This document shows positions 39,265 to 49,675 of a stretch of 64,000 nucleotides of DNA, in pieces. The notes beneath the pieces were generated by a model that was given only the letters and a program-made list of their open reading frames with translations, searched no databases and had not been told where the DNA came from. This DNA comes from Candidatus Altimarinota bacterium. GTDB taxonomy: Bacteria; Patescibacteriota; Gracilibacteria; UBA4473. The stretch's first letter is position 1, and every line of letters starts with the position of its first letter. The translations under genes and the position numbers were made by a program. Where the stretch lies: the NCBI GenBank assembly GCA_965231215.1, contig OZ246423.1, positions 160,001 through 224,000 of the forward strand, in the 5' to 3' direction.

Positions 39265-40233
39265 TTAGCTTTCAAGTAGGTCGTTTAGGAATCCATCAAT
39301 ATCTCCTAAATCTCCTGATCTGTATTCTTCCTTCCACATGTTTAGATGACGATCTAGATAATCCACAATAAAGGTTTTAAGTTCATTCCCTTGTTCCCAT
39401 CCATAAAGTCGTTCTTGGATTTTTTCAATAACTTTAATTTTTCCTTGAACCTCCATTTTAGCATTATCAAGCCGCCCTTTAAGTCTTTCTAGAAAAGCAT
39501 TTAATTTGGGTTCTACTTTCTCCATAACAGCGGCCATTCGATCATCTGATATATCGTGCTTATGAGACATCATTTTTTCATGTTTGTCTTCCATTCGTTC
39601 CTGCATCATTTTTTTCTTTTCTTCCATTTTTTTGTGCATCATTTCCTTTTCATGCATCATTTTTTCTTTCATCATTTGGTGATGTTTTTCATCTTCTTGG
39701 ATCATTTTATGTTTTTCTTCTTCAGACCAATCATCTTCACACTCACCACTAGCACTGTAGTTTTCACAGTAGGCTTCTCTGTCTTCTTTTTGATCCATAT
39801 ACCGTTCACGGTTATCAATGAATCCATTTGGCACTTCTACCCAAACAACATTACTACAGTAACGTCCTTTTTTATCAGTGATAGTACAAACCCGGTAGTA
39901 AGCGCTTTTGTCTGGCCATTCATCTACAAATCGTAGATCACTGACGCTATCCATAGCCACCATGGCTGGGTCTTCTGGATAAACTGGGTTAGGTTCGTGA
40001 TGAGATTTCATAACCTTGTAATACATAAACACTTCATCATTACGACCTTCAAAAGGGGTCCATTCCATAGCTACTACGCCTTCTTCTTCATCAAATTCGG
40101 CCATAAACTCAATACCTTCATACACTGGTACGCGATATTCAGATTCACTACCCGCAGAGTCATTAGACATTGCAAAAACCGCCGGTGCACACAGCATCGA
40201 CAGAACGAGAGCCGAAAGAAACTTTAGTTTCAT
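39265..40233 (-). CDS. Secreted protein with FN3-like domain and Met/His/Lys/Glu-rich helical tract
   Basis: Signal peptide MKLKFLSALVLSMLCAPAVFA; W...F.YYKV..S...PVYP...YYRVC...YCSNVV; HHQMMKEKMMHEKEMMHKKM tract. Confidence 0.75.
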   Translation of the reverse strand: MKLKFLSALVLSMLCAPAVFAMSNDSAGSESEYRVPVYEGIEFMAEFDEEEGVVAMEWTPFEGRNDEVFMYYKVMKSHHEPNPVYPEDPAMVAMDSVSDLRFVDEWPDKSAYYRVCTITDKKGRYCSNVVWVEVPNGFIDNRERYMDQKEDREAYCENYSASGECEDDWSEEEKHKMIQEDEKHHQMMKEKMMHEKEMMHKKMEEKKKMMQERMEDKHEKMMSHKHDISDDRMAAVMEKVEPKLNAFLERLKGRLDNAKMEVQGKIKVIEKIQERLYGWEQGNELKTFIVDYLDRHLNMWKEEYRSGDLGDIDGFLNDLLES

Positions 40234-40289
40234 TTTTTTATTTTTATATTCAATCACCTTTATAAACAAAAAAGTTGTTCAATGCAAAT

Positions 40290-41423
40290 TTATGCGGAAA
40301 ATCTTTTTATCACAACGCCAGCCCTATCTCCTTCTCCAACATCATCTTTGGCAAAAAGTAATGACTGACCAGAATTAATTTTGTAATATTCTCCATTTGA
40401 TTTCGGCACTAATAATTCATGTTCTAAAGGCACAAAATCCTGAGGAGGCGGGACCCTACCTGCTTCTAGCGTTTCATAAAAACCAAAATCTTGAACTCCT
40501 TCTTCGCGAAGTATTGTCTCAACCTGTTGCCAAACATCCATCGGAATATTAGCTACTTCTTTTTTACCTCCTTGAAGCTGAAACCGCAAAGATTCCAACA
40601 TCTTATCGGCAAAGGTGATATTATTAGGATTACCAATAGTCCCCAATTCCGCCGTTATAGATTCTGCCCCAAACTCTCGAGCTGTTATCCCCGCAAAAGT
40701 TTCGGCCTTTCCAGATTCAGAAATAACCGCTCCCGCAAACACATCACCATATTTTTGTCTAAACCTTTTCAGACTAGCGTAGACCATCGCATAAGTGTAT
40801 TCACTTTCATCTTGATATTCCCCTCGAACTTCGCTTACTTTGGGAACTTTAAAACTTTGATGAAGATCCAAATGTTCAGGAGCCCCCTGAATATCCTGAG
40901 TATCAGTCCCACCTTTCAGTATTTCATTCAATGCTTTCCAGATTTCCCACTGTCGGCGAGAAGCATAGCTACCATTGGTTGATAGCTTTTCCAATAATTC
41001 CACTACCCATTGTCTATTTGCATTCGCCACTAAACCACCATAAGACGCATCTCCATCAAAATAACGAGAATTCATTACCATCCCTTGCTGCTTCTTGGTG
41101 AGAGCCTGTTGCATAGCCTTTAAATTCCCATCAATAAATAAAACATGTTTTCTTAATTCTAATTTCCCCGAAAAAATTTCTGCCCTCAGGGCATCCATAA
41201 TCTCAATTCCTGCTAACTCATCACCGTGTAACCCACTACTAAGAATCATTACTTTCGCATCAACGGGAGCCTTGCTTTCAAAAAAATATATACCCTTTTC
41301 CGGATGCTCAAACCGAGACACGCAACTATTAGAACAAACTATCTCAGCCAGCTCGCCCTGCATCTCCTCAGCCATACTAAGCTGAGAAGCTCTGTCATAA
41401 AATTTATCTACATCCAAAGACAT
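40290..41423 (-). CDS. Succinylglutamate desuccinylase/aspartoacylase (M14) family hydrolase
   Basis: GLHGDE (HxxE), GNLKA, NANR, HLDLH, TAELG; ATG 41423 lies 1 nt after the thrC stop. Confidence 0.8.
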   Translation of the reverse strand: MSLDVDKFYDRASQLSMAEEMQGELAEIVCSNSCVSRFEHPEKGIYFFESKAPVDAKVMILSSGLHGDELAGIEIMDALRAEIFSGKLELRKHVLFIDGNLKAMQQALTKKQQGMVMNSRYFDGDASYGGLVANANRQWVVELLEKLSTNGSYASRRQWEIWKALNEILKGGTDTQDIQGAPEHLDLHQSFKVPKVSEVRGEYQDESEYTYAMVYASLKRFRQKYGDVFAGAVISESGKAETFAGITAREFGAESITAELGTIGNPNNITFADKMLESLRFQLQGGKKEVANIPMDVWQQVETILREEGVQDFGFYETLEAGRVPPPQDFVPLEHELLVPKSNGEYYKINSGQSLLFAKDDVGEGDRAGVVIKRFSA

Positions 41424-41424
41424 C

Positions 41425-43143
41425 CTAACTAGATACTTCTCGTTCAGCTTCAGATTTTGCAGCAATAGTTTTAACTTTTGCGACTACATCTACCACCTGA
41501 GCCACCACATCTTCAGGATTATGAGGATTCTCTGTATCAAGGGCTTTAAGTCTATGGTGTGTTTTTTCTGGAACATCCATTCCAATTTTTCGGTAAGCAT
41601 CTGGGAACTTATCAGGATGAGCCGTTTCTAAAACAATCGCATAATCATCTGCCTCAATAGCGCCTCTCCCTCGCGCATTCTCCAACGCATCAAAGGCACA
41701 AACTCCATGAGGTTCCAGTAGTGTCGAGTTTTCAGAATGTCTCAATACAGCCTCAATACGATTAAGCGCTTCTTCATTAGAAGTATTATCCGCATAAAAT
41801 AATTCACCCATTCCTACTTTCATTTTTTCCGTCACTCCATACTTAGACAGTGGAATACCTTCTTGACCTGGAACAAAAGCTTTGGTGTCTTTTTTCAACT
41901 GCTCAAGATCAATTTTAGCTTCTGGATCATATAAATCCCGAACAATCGTAAGTAGTCGTTCAAGATTACTCGGATCGGCAATATCCATGGATGGAGAATC
42001 TGTCACCTGAGCTTCGTTTTCATCCTTAGCATTTCGGGTGAGATTATGATGATTTAGTTCAAAGTCACGAATCGCACACGCGACAATATCATTATCATTC
42101 GTTCCAACGACAAATTTTTTCACTGGAAGCCCTAACTGCTTCGCATAAAGCCCCGCCATTAAGTGCCCAACATTACCGGTTGGCACAGCAAATACTATGT
42201 CTTGATCAGCCTCAATTCTTCCCTCTTTAACCGCTTCAGCATAACTCACAAAATACTGTGTCATCTGAGGCAGTAATCTCCAAATATTAATGGAATTCGC
42301 ACTCGCCAGTTCTAGTTTTTTAAGTTCTTCTGCTAAATCGGTAATCGTTTCATCCGCTAAAGAAATATTTAGCTGTTCTTTCATCTTAGTTGATAAAGCT
42401 TCAACTCCACCTTCTTCTGCAGGATCTAAATCACGCATAAACTGCATAGATTTAGAAAATGCCTGAGCTTTATCAAAATCCCCATCAACGGGAATACACT
42501 GAACATTTGGATATTTTTCAGCCGCATCGATCATCTGAGCTTCTTGTACAGGGCTTACTTTACCTGCTGGATAAAGCACCGTAACCGTCACCCATTCAGA
42601 ACCACCAAAAGCATCAGCAATAGCCACTCCAGTATCCCCAGATGTTGCCACTACAATATTTTTCGGAGTCTGAGTTCTCTCACAATTTTTTTCTAAAAGT
42701 TGAGCAATGGCTCGAGCGGCAAAATCTTTAAAACTAGCTGTTTCTGATTCACTCAGCCACGCCACACTTGTCCGTTCATCCAAGAGCTCTAAAGGCAGTT
42801 CAAAATTATGAGCAATATCCATCATTTCTTGTAGCTCTTGATTTGAAAGGCCATTTTCTCCTTCAGAAGGAATAAACTGACGAAGCAATAAAGCCGACAT
42901 TTGAGACATAGAAAGATCATAAATCGAAGGTTTCTCACCTTCTCCTGATGGCTGGAAAAAAGAATCGTCAAAAGGCTTCATATCTTCCACATCTGGAACA
43001 TATAAACCTCCATCAGGAGCCTGTCCTGCGACTAGAGCTTCCCAAGCATCCGCGGTTTTTTCGGGATCACGAGTACTTCTAAATTCAAAACCTGGGATAG
43101 CCTTTCCAGCAGGAAAATGTGCGTCAAGAGTTGCCAAATCCAT
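41425..43143 (-). CDS. thrC: Threonine synthase-like PLP enzyme (long, divergent)
   Basis: STR, APDGGLYVP, T.SFKD (PLP Lys), ATSGDTG, SANSINIWRL, VPTGNVG, SPSMDI..PSN.ER, ETAHPDKF. Confidence 0.85.
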   Translation of the reverse strand: MDLATLDAHFPAGKAIPGFEFRSTRDPEKTADAWEALVAGQAPDGGLYVPDVEDMKPFDDSFFQPSGEGEKPSIYDLSMSQMSALLLRQFIPSEGENGLSNQELQEMMDIAHNFELPLELLDERTSVAWLSESETASFKDFAARAIAQLLEKNCERTQTPKNIVVATSGDTGVAIADAFGGSEWVTVTVLYPAGKVSPVQEAQMIDAAEKYPNVQCIPVDGDFDKAQAFSKSMQFMRDLDPAEEGGVEALSTKMKEQLNISLADETITDLAEELKKLELASANSINIWRLLPQMTQYFVSYAEAVKEGRIEADQDIVFAVPTGNVGHLMAGLYAKQLGLPVKKFVVGTNDNDIVACAIRDFELNHHNLTRNAKDENEAQVTDSPSMDIADPSNLERLLTIVRDLYDPEAKIDLEQLKKDTKAFVPGQEGIPLSKYGVTEKMKVGMGELFYADNTSNEEALNRIEAVLRHSENSTLLEPHGVCAFDALENARGRGAIEADDYAIVLETAHPDKFPDAYRKIGMDVPEKTHHRLKALDTENPHNPEDVVAQVVDVVAKVKTIAAKSEAEREVSS

Positions 43144-43240
43144 GGTAATTGTGGGTTAATTCAAGTTGTAAATTATTATATTTAAACTTTTTTGCAAATT
43201 TTAATTGAAATTTATAAAAATAAAACTAGAAATAATACAG

Positions 43241-44113
43241 ATGGAAAAAGGCTACCCAGAAGAAGTTTTAGAAAAAGAATTCACTAAACCGAACCCACTA
43301 AAAAATATTTTAAATACAGTTGGAAAAACTGTTGAATCCGTTCTAACTTTTGGAATTGAAAATATTTCTGGACAAAGATATGAGCCAGGCGATCTCGGGA
43401 GAATTTCTCAATTCACTTATTTACGTTCACTAGAAAAGCTAGATGAAAAAGGAATAAGTCCAAATAGATTAGTAACTATCAGAGTAGCTATCGTACTCGC
43501 GGGGGGAACTACTTTGTTTATAGATCCGAATCTTCCACAAGAAATTAAGTCCGCTTTAGAAATATTAGTCCTAGCGGGGCTTTTAGGTGATCGAGTAGAC
43601 GGTGATTTAGCAAGATATACCAATCAATGTACTCCTGAAGGCGCCACCTTAGATGCTGGAGCTGATAAAGTAATTACTATCCCAAGTCTGACTGCAATCA
43701 GCTTGTATCAAATAGTACAAAATTGTGGAGAAATGTTTCAGACCGACTTAAAAATGGGAAGCGCCGTAGTTATTTTAGCTGCAGGAACTCTCGCCCTGGC
43801 AAAAAATGATATAGATTCTCAAGCTAAACGAACTAATAATTGGGAAGCTGCAAAAGCTTTCTGGACTCCTCCCATACTCAAGTCTGAAAGAAAACCAGCT
43901 AAAAAAACCGAAAATGATGCCTCAATGATAAGTAAGATGAAAACAGTACTACAAATGCTCGTCATTGCTGGATATATAAAACAGGAATCTATTACAAACC
44001 TCACAGGAATGCCTGATGATATATTTAACCTGAGTGCAGCAACAATGTTAGGGGTGGCCTTTGTCTGCGGACAAAAAGGACAAAAACAAAGAACCACTCA
44101 AACCCTAGTCTAA
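43241..44113 (+). CDS. CDP-alcohol phosphatidyltransferase family protein
   Basis: SPNRLVTIR; D..DG.LAR......GA.LD..ADK signature; SKMKTVLQM (PgsA-like GK.KT..QM). Confidence 0.85.
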   Translation: MEKGYPEEVLEKEFTKPNPLKNILNTVGKTVESVLTFGIENISGQRYEPGDLGRISQFTYLRSLEKLDEKGISPNRLVTIRVAIVLAGGTTLFIDPNLPQEIKSALEILVLAGLLGDRVDGDLARYTNQCTPEGATLDAGADKVITIPSLTAISLYQIVQNCGEMFQTDLKMGSAVVILAAGTLALAKNDIDSQAKRTNNWEAAKAFWTPPILKSERKPAKKTENDASMISKMKTVLQMLVIAGYIKQESITNLTGMPDDIFNLSAATMLGVAFVCGQKGQKQRTTQTLV

Positions 44114-46530
44114 TTCACCACAAACCCAACAATCTTGTTAGGGACAAATATCTCTTTCATAATTTCACCTTCATTGAGGTATTGAGACACTTTTTCAATG
44201 TCTTTCGCAGCAGCAATAACTTCATCTTTGTTTCCGTCCTTGGCAAATGAGAGTTCAGCTCGAACCTTCCCATTCACTTGAACCGCATACATAACCGTCT
44301 CTTCCACCAAATATTGTTCTTCAAATTGGGGCCAATCCACGTAAGCAATAGTTCCTACGTGACCTAAGTTTTCCCACAAGGCTTCGGCTAAATGTGGCGC
44401 GAATGGAGAAAGAATAATGGCAAATTTCTCTAAAATATCTTTTGGTACTTTATCGAGATTAGTCAGTTCATTAGTCAAAATCATCATCTGAGAAATCGCC
44501 GTATTGAACTTAAAGTTATCAATATCATCTCCAACTTGTTTAATGGTTTTATGCAGAGTGGAAAGTACTTTTTTATCCACTTCTACCTGGTTATCAACTT
44601 TTTCAAAAACTCGATTTACTCGTTCCAGCCATTTACGGATTCCAGCCACAGAATTCATGTTCCAAGATTTTCCTTGCTCGAATGGCCCCATAAACATTTC
44701 ATAACATCGTAGAGTATCAGCTCCGTATTCTTGAACCACATCATCTGGATTTACCACATTCCCTAAAGACTTAGACATTTTCCGCCCATCTTCAGCCGCA
44801 ATCATTCCCTGATTTACCAATTTAGTAAAAGGTTCTTTCGTAGACACGTATCCCAGATCATATAACACCTTGTGCCAGAACCGTCCATATAAAAGATGTA
44901 ATACCGCATGTTCAGCGCCTCCTACATACAAGTCTACCGGTCCCCAGTATTGCTCTCTTTCTTTTGAACAAAATTCTTGATCATTATCTGAATCCATAAA
45001 TCGAAGCCAGTACCAAGAAGACCCCGCCCAATTCGGCATGGTAGACGTTTCTCGGGTAAAATTGAGAGAACCGTTTTCTGAAATCTTTACCGTTCCTTCT
45101 GGCGTAATATCTCCCTTCACATTCACCCAATCCTCAACCTTAGCTAAGGGTGATTTACCATCATCTGACGGTTCATAATCTGGTGTTTCTGGAAGAAGCA
45201 CTGGCAACTCTGAATCATCCAAAGGATAAACCTTTCCATCTTCATCAAAAACCAAAGGGATAGGTTCTCCCCAGTATCTCTGACGAGTAAAAATCCAATC
45301 CCGAAGTTTGAAATTCACCTTTCGTTCCCCTTTCTTTTGTTCTTCAAGCCAATCAATAATTTTACTCATTCCTTCTTCGACCGTCAGTCCATCCAAGAAT
45401 TCTGAATTTTTTAGACTTCCACCTTCTTTCTGGAAAGGATTTTCTAGTCCATCAATGACCTCAATAATCTCTAAACCAAATTTTTCAGCAAATTCTAAAT
45501 CTCTCTCGTCATGGGCAGGAACAGCCATAATAGCTCCGGTTCCGTAACTCATAAGCACGTAATCGGCAATCCACACCGGGATTTCTTTTCCATTAACAGG
45601 GTTGATAGCGTAAGCGCCAGTAAAAACCCCCGTTTTATCTTTATTAAGCTCGGTTCGTTCTAGATCAGATTTAGCCGAAACTTCTTTTTGATACGCTTCT
45701 ACTTCGGCCTTTTGGTCATCAGTTACGATGTCAGCAATCATTGGATGTTCTGGAGACATGACAAAGTAAGTCGCCCCAAACAGCGTATCTGGACGGGTTG
45801 TATAAACTCGAACTTTTTCACCTTTGATTTCAAAATCAACCTCCGCTCCTTCACTTCTACCAATCCAATTAGATTGCATGGCTCTAATTTTTTCTGGCCA
45901 ATCCGGAAGATCATCCAGATCATCAAGAAGTCTTTGTGCATAATCGGTGATTCGAAACATCCACTGTTTCAGATTTCTTTTTTCAACCGGCGTCCCACAT
46001 CGTTCATGCAAGCCATTTTCAACTTCTTCATTCGCACAAACGACCTTACATTTTGGACACCAATTCATTCCCATAGCTTTTTCGTATGCCAATCCTTTCT
46101 TGTAAAGTTGAAGGAATATCCACTGTGACCATTTGAAATACTTTGGATCGGTCGTTGAAAAACATCGATCCCAATCATAACTAAACCCAAGTTCTTGAAT
46201 TTGTCTTTTAAAGTTGGCTTCATTTTCCGCCGTAGAAATACTCGGATGAACACCGGTTTTAATCGCATAGTTTTCAGCCGGAAGTCCAAAGGCATCCCAT
46301 CCCATTGGATGAAGCACATTTTTCCCTTCCATTCGTTTCTTACGACTAATGATATCAGTCGCAGTATATCCCAGAGGATGCCCTACATGCAGTCCTGCTC
46401 CTGACGGATAAGGAAACATATCCAGAGCATAGTATTTTTCTTTGCTTGGATCTTCTGTGGCTTTAAAGGTTTTGTTTTCAACCCAAAATTTTTGCCATTT
46501 TTGTTCGATCGCTAAATGGTCATATTTCAT
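44110..46530 (-). CDS. leuS: Leucine--tRNA ligase
   Basis: MFPYPSGAGLHVGH (HIGH), TTRPDTLFG, GTGAIMAVPAHDERD editing domain, KMSKS. Confidence 0.98.
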   Translation of the reverse strand: MKYDHLAIEQKWQKFWVENKTFKATEDPSKEKYYALDMFPYPSGAGLHVGHPLGYTATDIISRKKRMEGKNVLHPMGWDAFGLPAENYAIKTGVHPSISTAENEANFKRQIQELGFSYDWDRCFSTTDPKYFKWSQWIFLQLYKKGLAYEKAMGMNWCPKCKVVCANEEVENGLHERCGTPVEKRNLKQWMFRITDYAQRLLDDLDDLPDWPEKIRAMQSNWIGRSEGAEVDFEIKGEKVRVYTTRPDTLFGATYFVMSPEHPMIADIVTDDQKAEVEAYQKEVSAKSDLERTELNKDKTGVFTGAYAINPVNGKEIPVWIADYVLMSYGTGAIMAVPAHDERDLEFAEKFGLEIIEVIDGLENPFQKEGGSLKNSEFLDGLTVEEGMSKIIDWLEEQKKGERKVNFKLRDWIFTRQRYWGEPIPLVFDEDGKVYPLDDSELPVLLPETPDYEPSDDGKSPLAKVEDWVNVKGDITPEGTVKISENGSLNFTRETSTMPNWAGSSWYWLRFMDSDNDQEFCSKEREQYWGPVDLYVGGAEHAVLHLLYGRFWHKVLYDLGYVSTKEPFTKLVNQGMIAAEDGRKMSKSLGNVVNPDDVVQEYGADTLRCYEMFMGPFEQGKSWNMNSVAGIRKWLERVNRVFEKVDNQVEVDKKVLSTLHKTIKQVGDDIDNFKFNTAISQMMILTNELTNLDKVPKDILEKFAIILSPFAPHLAEALWENLGHVGTIAYVDWPQFEEQYLVEETVMYAVQVNGKVRAELSFAKDGNKDEVIAAAKDIEKVSQYLNEGEIMKEIFVPNKIVGFVVN

Positions 46531-46657
46531 ACGAAGTTGATTCTAGTTTTGGACTTAAAAAAGGCAAATTACCATTCAGGATTCTAAGGCAAAATTCCTC
46601 CCCCGATGAAAAAACATTTTTCTAAAACTGGAAAAGCCAGAGTGTTTGAAATATCTA

Positions 46658-47992
46658 CTACTGAATTGATTCAAGCACCGACCACATAGCATCACGATAG
46701 CTAGCCGGCCCAGAAACTTCAAAGACAGAAGATTCATCCCTCTTTTTAATCAGCGTAATCTGCTGATCATTAATAATTTCTTGTGTTTCGGCTGACGGGC
46801 TATCTTTGGCTAACAACTTCAACCAAAATTTAACATCAGCTCTAGAATTTAATGCGTTATCGGCAAACCCAAGTTCGGTAATAACACCATAACTCGGTCC
46901 ATAGTTTTGATACCAATAACCAAAGGGCGCTTTAAGGTGTAACCCATAATAGTCGGAGTTATAACTATACGCTCTATTATCAATAAGGTTTTTAAAGTTT
47001 CCAGAAACAAAGTTACGGGTATCAACATTAGATACTGACGTTGGCATTGATACTTCTGATGGTTCCCTCTCTGGTTCTGGGGCCACTTCTACTTCAGGTT
47101 CTGGTTCTAGAAGTTTTTCAAAAAATGAAGGTTCATCCGCTTCCTCCTTAGATGTTTCATCCTCAGAATCATCTGGTTTGGCTTCCTCTTCTTGGACTAT
47201 TTTTTGAGCTTCTTTTTCAGCTTTCGCTTTCGCTTCCTCCTCTAAGATTTCTTGTACTTTTTCTTCCCCTTCGGCAAAGGAGTTTAATAAATCAAAGACG
47301 GCTTTTTTAGTATCAAAATCTTCAAATTCATAGGTGGCATTAAACACATATTTTTTATTTTCTAAGTTAGAAAACAAAGTAATGGTTTCTTTTTCTTTTT
47401 TGTTTTCGTCCGTTTTGAGATCTTTAATGCCTGAAAATCCATTGAGTAAAATATTGGTAGTTAACCGAGTTTCTTCAGGGGAATAATCTTCTACCGCAAA
47501 GGTCAAAAATACTTTCCGAGTTGGGTCTTCCTTATTTAAAAAGTAGGCAATCCCTGCTGGAGAAAGTGAGTACTCCCAAGCGTCTGGATAAAGAAAGGTG
47601 AATTTTTTGGTTGTAAATCTGAGGGGTTCATTGGCTTCTTCTAGATCCTCTTCAGTTTCTAAGTCTTCAATTCGGATAGCCTCTACCCAAAATATCTGAC
47701 GCATTTTTTCATTTCGCCACACTCCATCCAATGCGACCTCTCTTCCCTCAAAATCAGCTAACTGAACTAAATCTGAGGACAAATATCCCACTAATTTTCC
47801 CTCCAACTCTAAACGATGAGTAGCTCTCGTAGAAACTGAAACCGAAAACGGAAATAATTTTCCTGAAATAGTTTCAAGTTGTTCTTCGGGCAATCTTTCA
47901 AAGGGATCTTCCTTCTCTGGAACAATACAAGCGGTTAAAGTCAGGAATACCATTCCCACAATAATCCAAAAACGTCCTAAAAAATTTCGCAT
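46658..47992 (-). CDS. Lipoprotein of unknown function with acidic/Pro-Glu linker
   Basis: Lipobox LTAC; F.F.YP.AW; EPEPEVEVAPEPE linker. Confidence 0.7.
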   Translation of the reverse strand: MRNFLGRFWIIVGMVFLTLTACIVPEKEDPFERLPEEQLETISGKLFPFSVSVSTRATHRLELEGKLVGYLSSDLVQLADFEGREVALDGVWRNEKMRQIFWVEAIRIEDLETEEDLEEANEPLRFTTKKFTFLYPDAWEYSLSPAGIAYFLNKEDPTRKVFLTFAVEDYSPEETRLTTNILLNGFSGIKDLKTDENKKEKETITLFSNLENKKYVFNATYEFEDFDTKKAVFDLLNSFAEGEEKVQEILEEEAKAKAEKEAQKIVQEEEAKPDDSEDETSKEEADEPSFFEKLLEPEPEVEVAPEPEREPSEVSMPTSVSNVDTRNFVSGNFKNLIDNRAYSYNSDYYGLHLKAPFGYWYQNYGPSYGVITELGFADNALNSRADVKFWLKLLAKDSPSAETQEIINDQQITLIKKRDESSVFEVSGPASYRDAMWSVLESIQ

Positions 47993-48033
47993 CAACTGCG
48001 CCAGATTATGTGAAAATAAAACAAAAAATCAAA

Positions 48034-49302
48034 TTAATGACTCTTTCTTTTTAAACTTTTTTTATGCGGTTTTACAACACAAAGTTTTTCTAACCCGGTA
48101 ATACGTGAACTAAGCAAAAGCATCAAAGCCGCCGCTACAAATATAATAGTAAAGACAACCCTATCGGCTTGAGGGGCTAGGTAAAACACTACAAACAGTA
48201 AAAAAAACGCCAGCAAGTAAGCATGATGAAACACCACCTGTCTCATATGACTTCGCTCTACCTGGTTTTCATAATTAATCCATTTGTATAAAATCACAAA
48301 GTAAGGGACTTTAACGGTTTGATTATTTACCTTATTCAAAGAATCGATAATCGTAAGTGTAATGGGATCCATACTTACCCCTCTAACCAAATTAATCACC
48401 GTAGACCGCAAGGCTGCTGATTTAAGAATATGCCCTGGGGCTTTTTTGCCTGAATCAATTTTCTTCCCGATCCAGAAAGACAATATCATCGCCGCAAAAG
48501 AAGAAACCCCTACGACCATCCCCATAGAAGCGATATCTTTTAATACTAAGACCAAAAATAAAGGCCAAGCTAGAAAGATCACCGCATCAAAAAACACTCT
48601 TCCAGTCTCTCCTAAAACAAGATTTTGAGGGGTTTTTTTAAAGACATCTTTTATTAATTTTTTAGGCGTATAAGGCAGTTTAAACCTTTCATCAGGTGTT
48701 AACATAAGCACAATCCACCCTCCCATCATCGCCCCCAAACCAAACAAAGTCGTAAAATGAAACCCAAAATATTTAGTAATAAAGCCTCCTAAAATTGGCG
48801 CAATTAAGGCTCCCGCCATAATCACTATCTGAAAGAAAGCCATAGCGGTTCCTCTGTTTTTTTTGTTTATATGATGAGATAAAAATAAATCATACCCCAT
48901 CAAGGCCGTATTATTCCCAAAAGCATTCAGAAAAAAGAAGGGAATTAAAAACAGCAAACTACTATAAAAATCGGGAGTCAAAAAATACAAGATCGCGACA
49001 AAATAATAACTCGCACAAATACATCGAAGTCCCAAAGCATGCTTAATCCCCAAACGTTCAATTACAAACCCAATAAATGGAATCACTAAAACATGAGCCA
49101 TTTGCCAGACGAGAAAAAAGGCACAAATCTGCCACAATTGATATCCCAAATTGTTATACATATAGAATACCAATGAAAGGAGCATCAAATCCCGCCCCAA
49201 AAAGAAAAGCAATCTATAAACTCCTACCTCAAGCATCTCCCGATCCATATGAAAATGAAGCAGGTGATGAAATGGGGCGTTGGGCGCTCTATTATATGGC
49301 AT
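48034..49302 (-). CDS. MFS transporter
   Basis: 12 TM pattern; G..IERLG.K, RGTA, APILGGFI, IGKKID. Confidence 0.85.
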   Translation of the reverse strand: MPYNRAPNAPFHHLLHFHMDREMLEVGVYRLLFFLGRDLMLLSLVFYMYNNLGYQLWQICAFFLVWQMAHVLVIPFIGFVIERLGIKHALGLRCICASYYFVAILYFLTPDFYSSLLFLIPFFFLNAFGNNTALMGYDLFLSHHINKKNRGTAMAFFQIVIMAGALIAPILGGFITKYFGFHFTTLFGLGAMMGGWIVLMLTPDERFKLPYTPKKLIKDVFKKTPQNLVLGETGRVFFDAVIFLAWPLFLVLVLKDIASMGMVVGVSSFAAMILSFWIGKKIDSGKKAPGHILKSAALRSTVINLVRGVSMDPITLTIIDSLNKVNNQTVKVPYFVILYKWINYENQVERSHMRQVVFHHAYLLAFFLLFVVFYLAPQADRVVFTIIFVAAALMLLLSSRITGLEKLCVVKPHKKSLKRKSH

Positions 49303-49310
49303 AAAAAAAA

Positions 49311-49673
49311 CTAAATATTAAAACTAAAACAAACAAGGTATCCAACCATACTCAGCAGAACCAGAATTTTGAGCCCGTCTAAATGAAAGTAGTTTAAAAT
49401 TTGAACAATTTTTTTATTCAAAAATAAATGCAAAACTTTAAAAAATTTATATTGGCTGATTTTGATAAGGCTTTGCGCCAGAGTTGGTAAAAATTTACGC
49501 TTACACCAATTTTTGCAATCTTTTTTGCCCTCTATAATAGAAGCTATAAGAGTCTGCGCTACAAATTTTCGCATACCTTTTTTTAGCTTCCGTTCGTATT
49601 TCACCACGTTTTTACGAAATAATTTCCACAAATACAAGTCTCGAAACGACGGCCAATAAGTTTCTAAAATCAT
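49311..49673 (-). CDS. Basic hypothetical protein with C-terminal hydrophobic segment
   Basis: Fills the gap with 2-nt and 8-nt spacings to same-strand neighbours (operon-like packing); no recognised motif. Confidence 0.55.
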   Translation of the reverse strand: MILETYWPSFRDLYLWKLFRKNVVKYERKLKKGMRKFVAQTLIASIIEGKKDCKNWCKRKFLPTLAQSLIKISQYKFFKVLHLFLNKKIVQILNYFHLDGLKILVLLSMVGYLVCFSFNI

Positions 49674-49675
49674 GA

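Noticed and set aside
39556-39936. His/Phe-rich 126-aa plus-strand ORF
   Set aside because: Antisense mirror of the ATG/AAA/GAA-rich tract (CAT/TTT/TTC).
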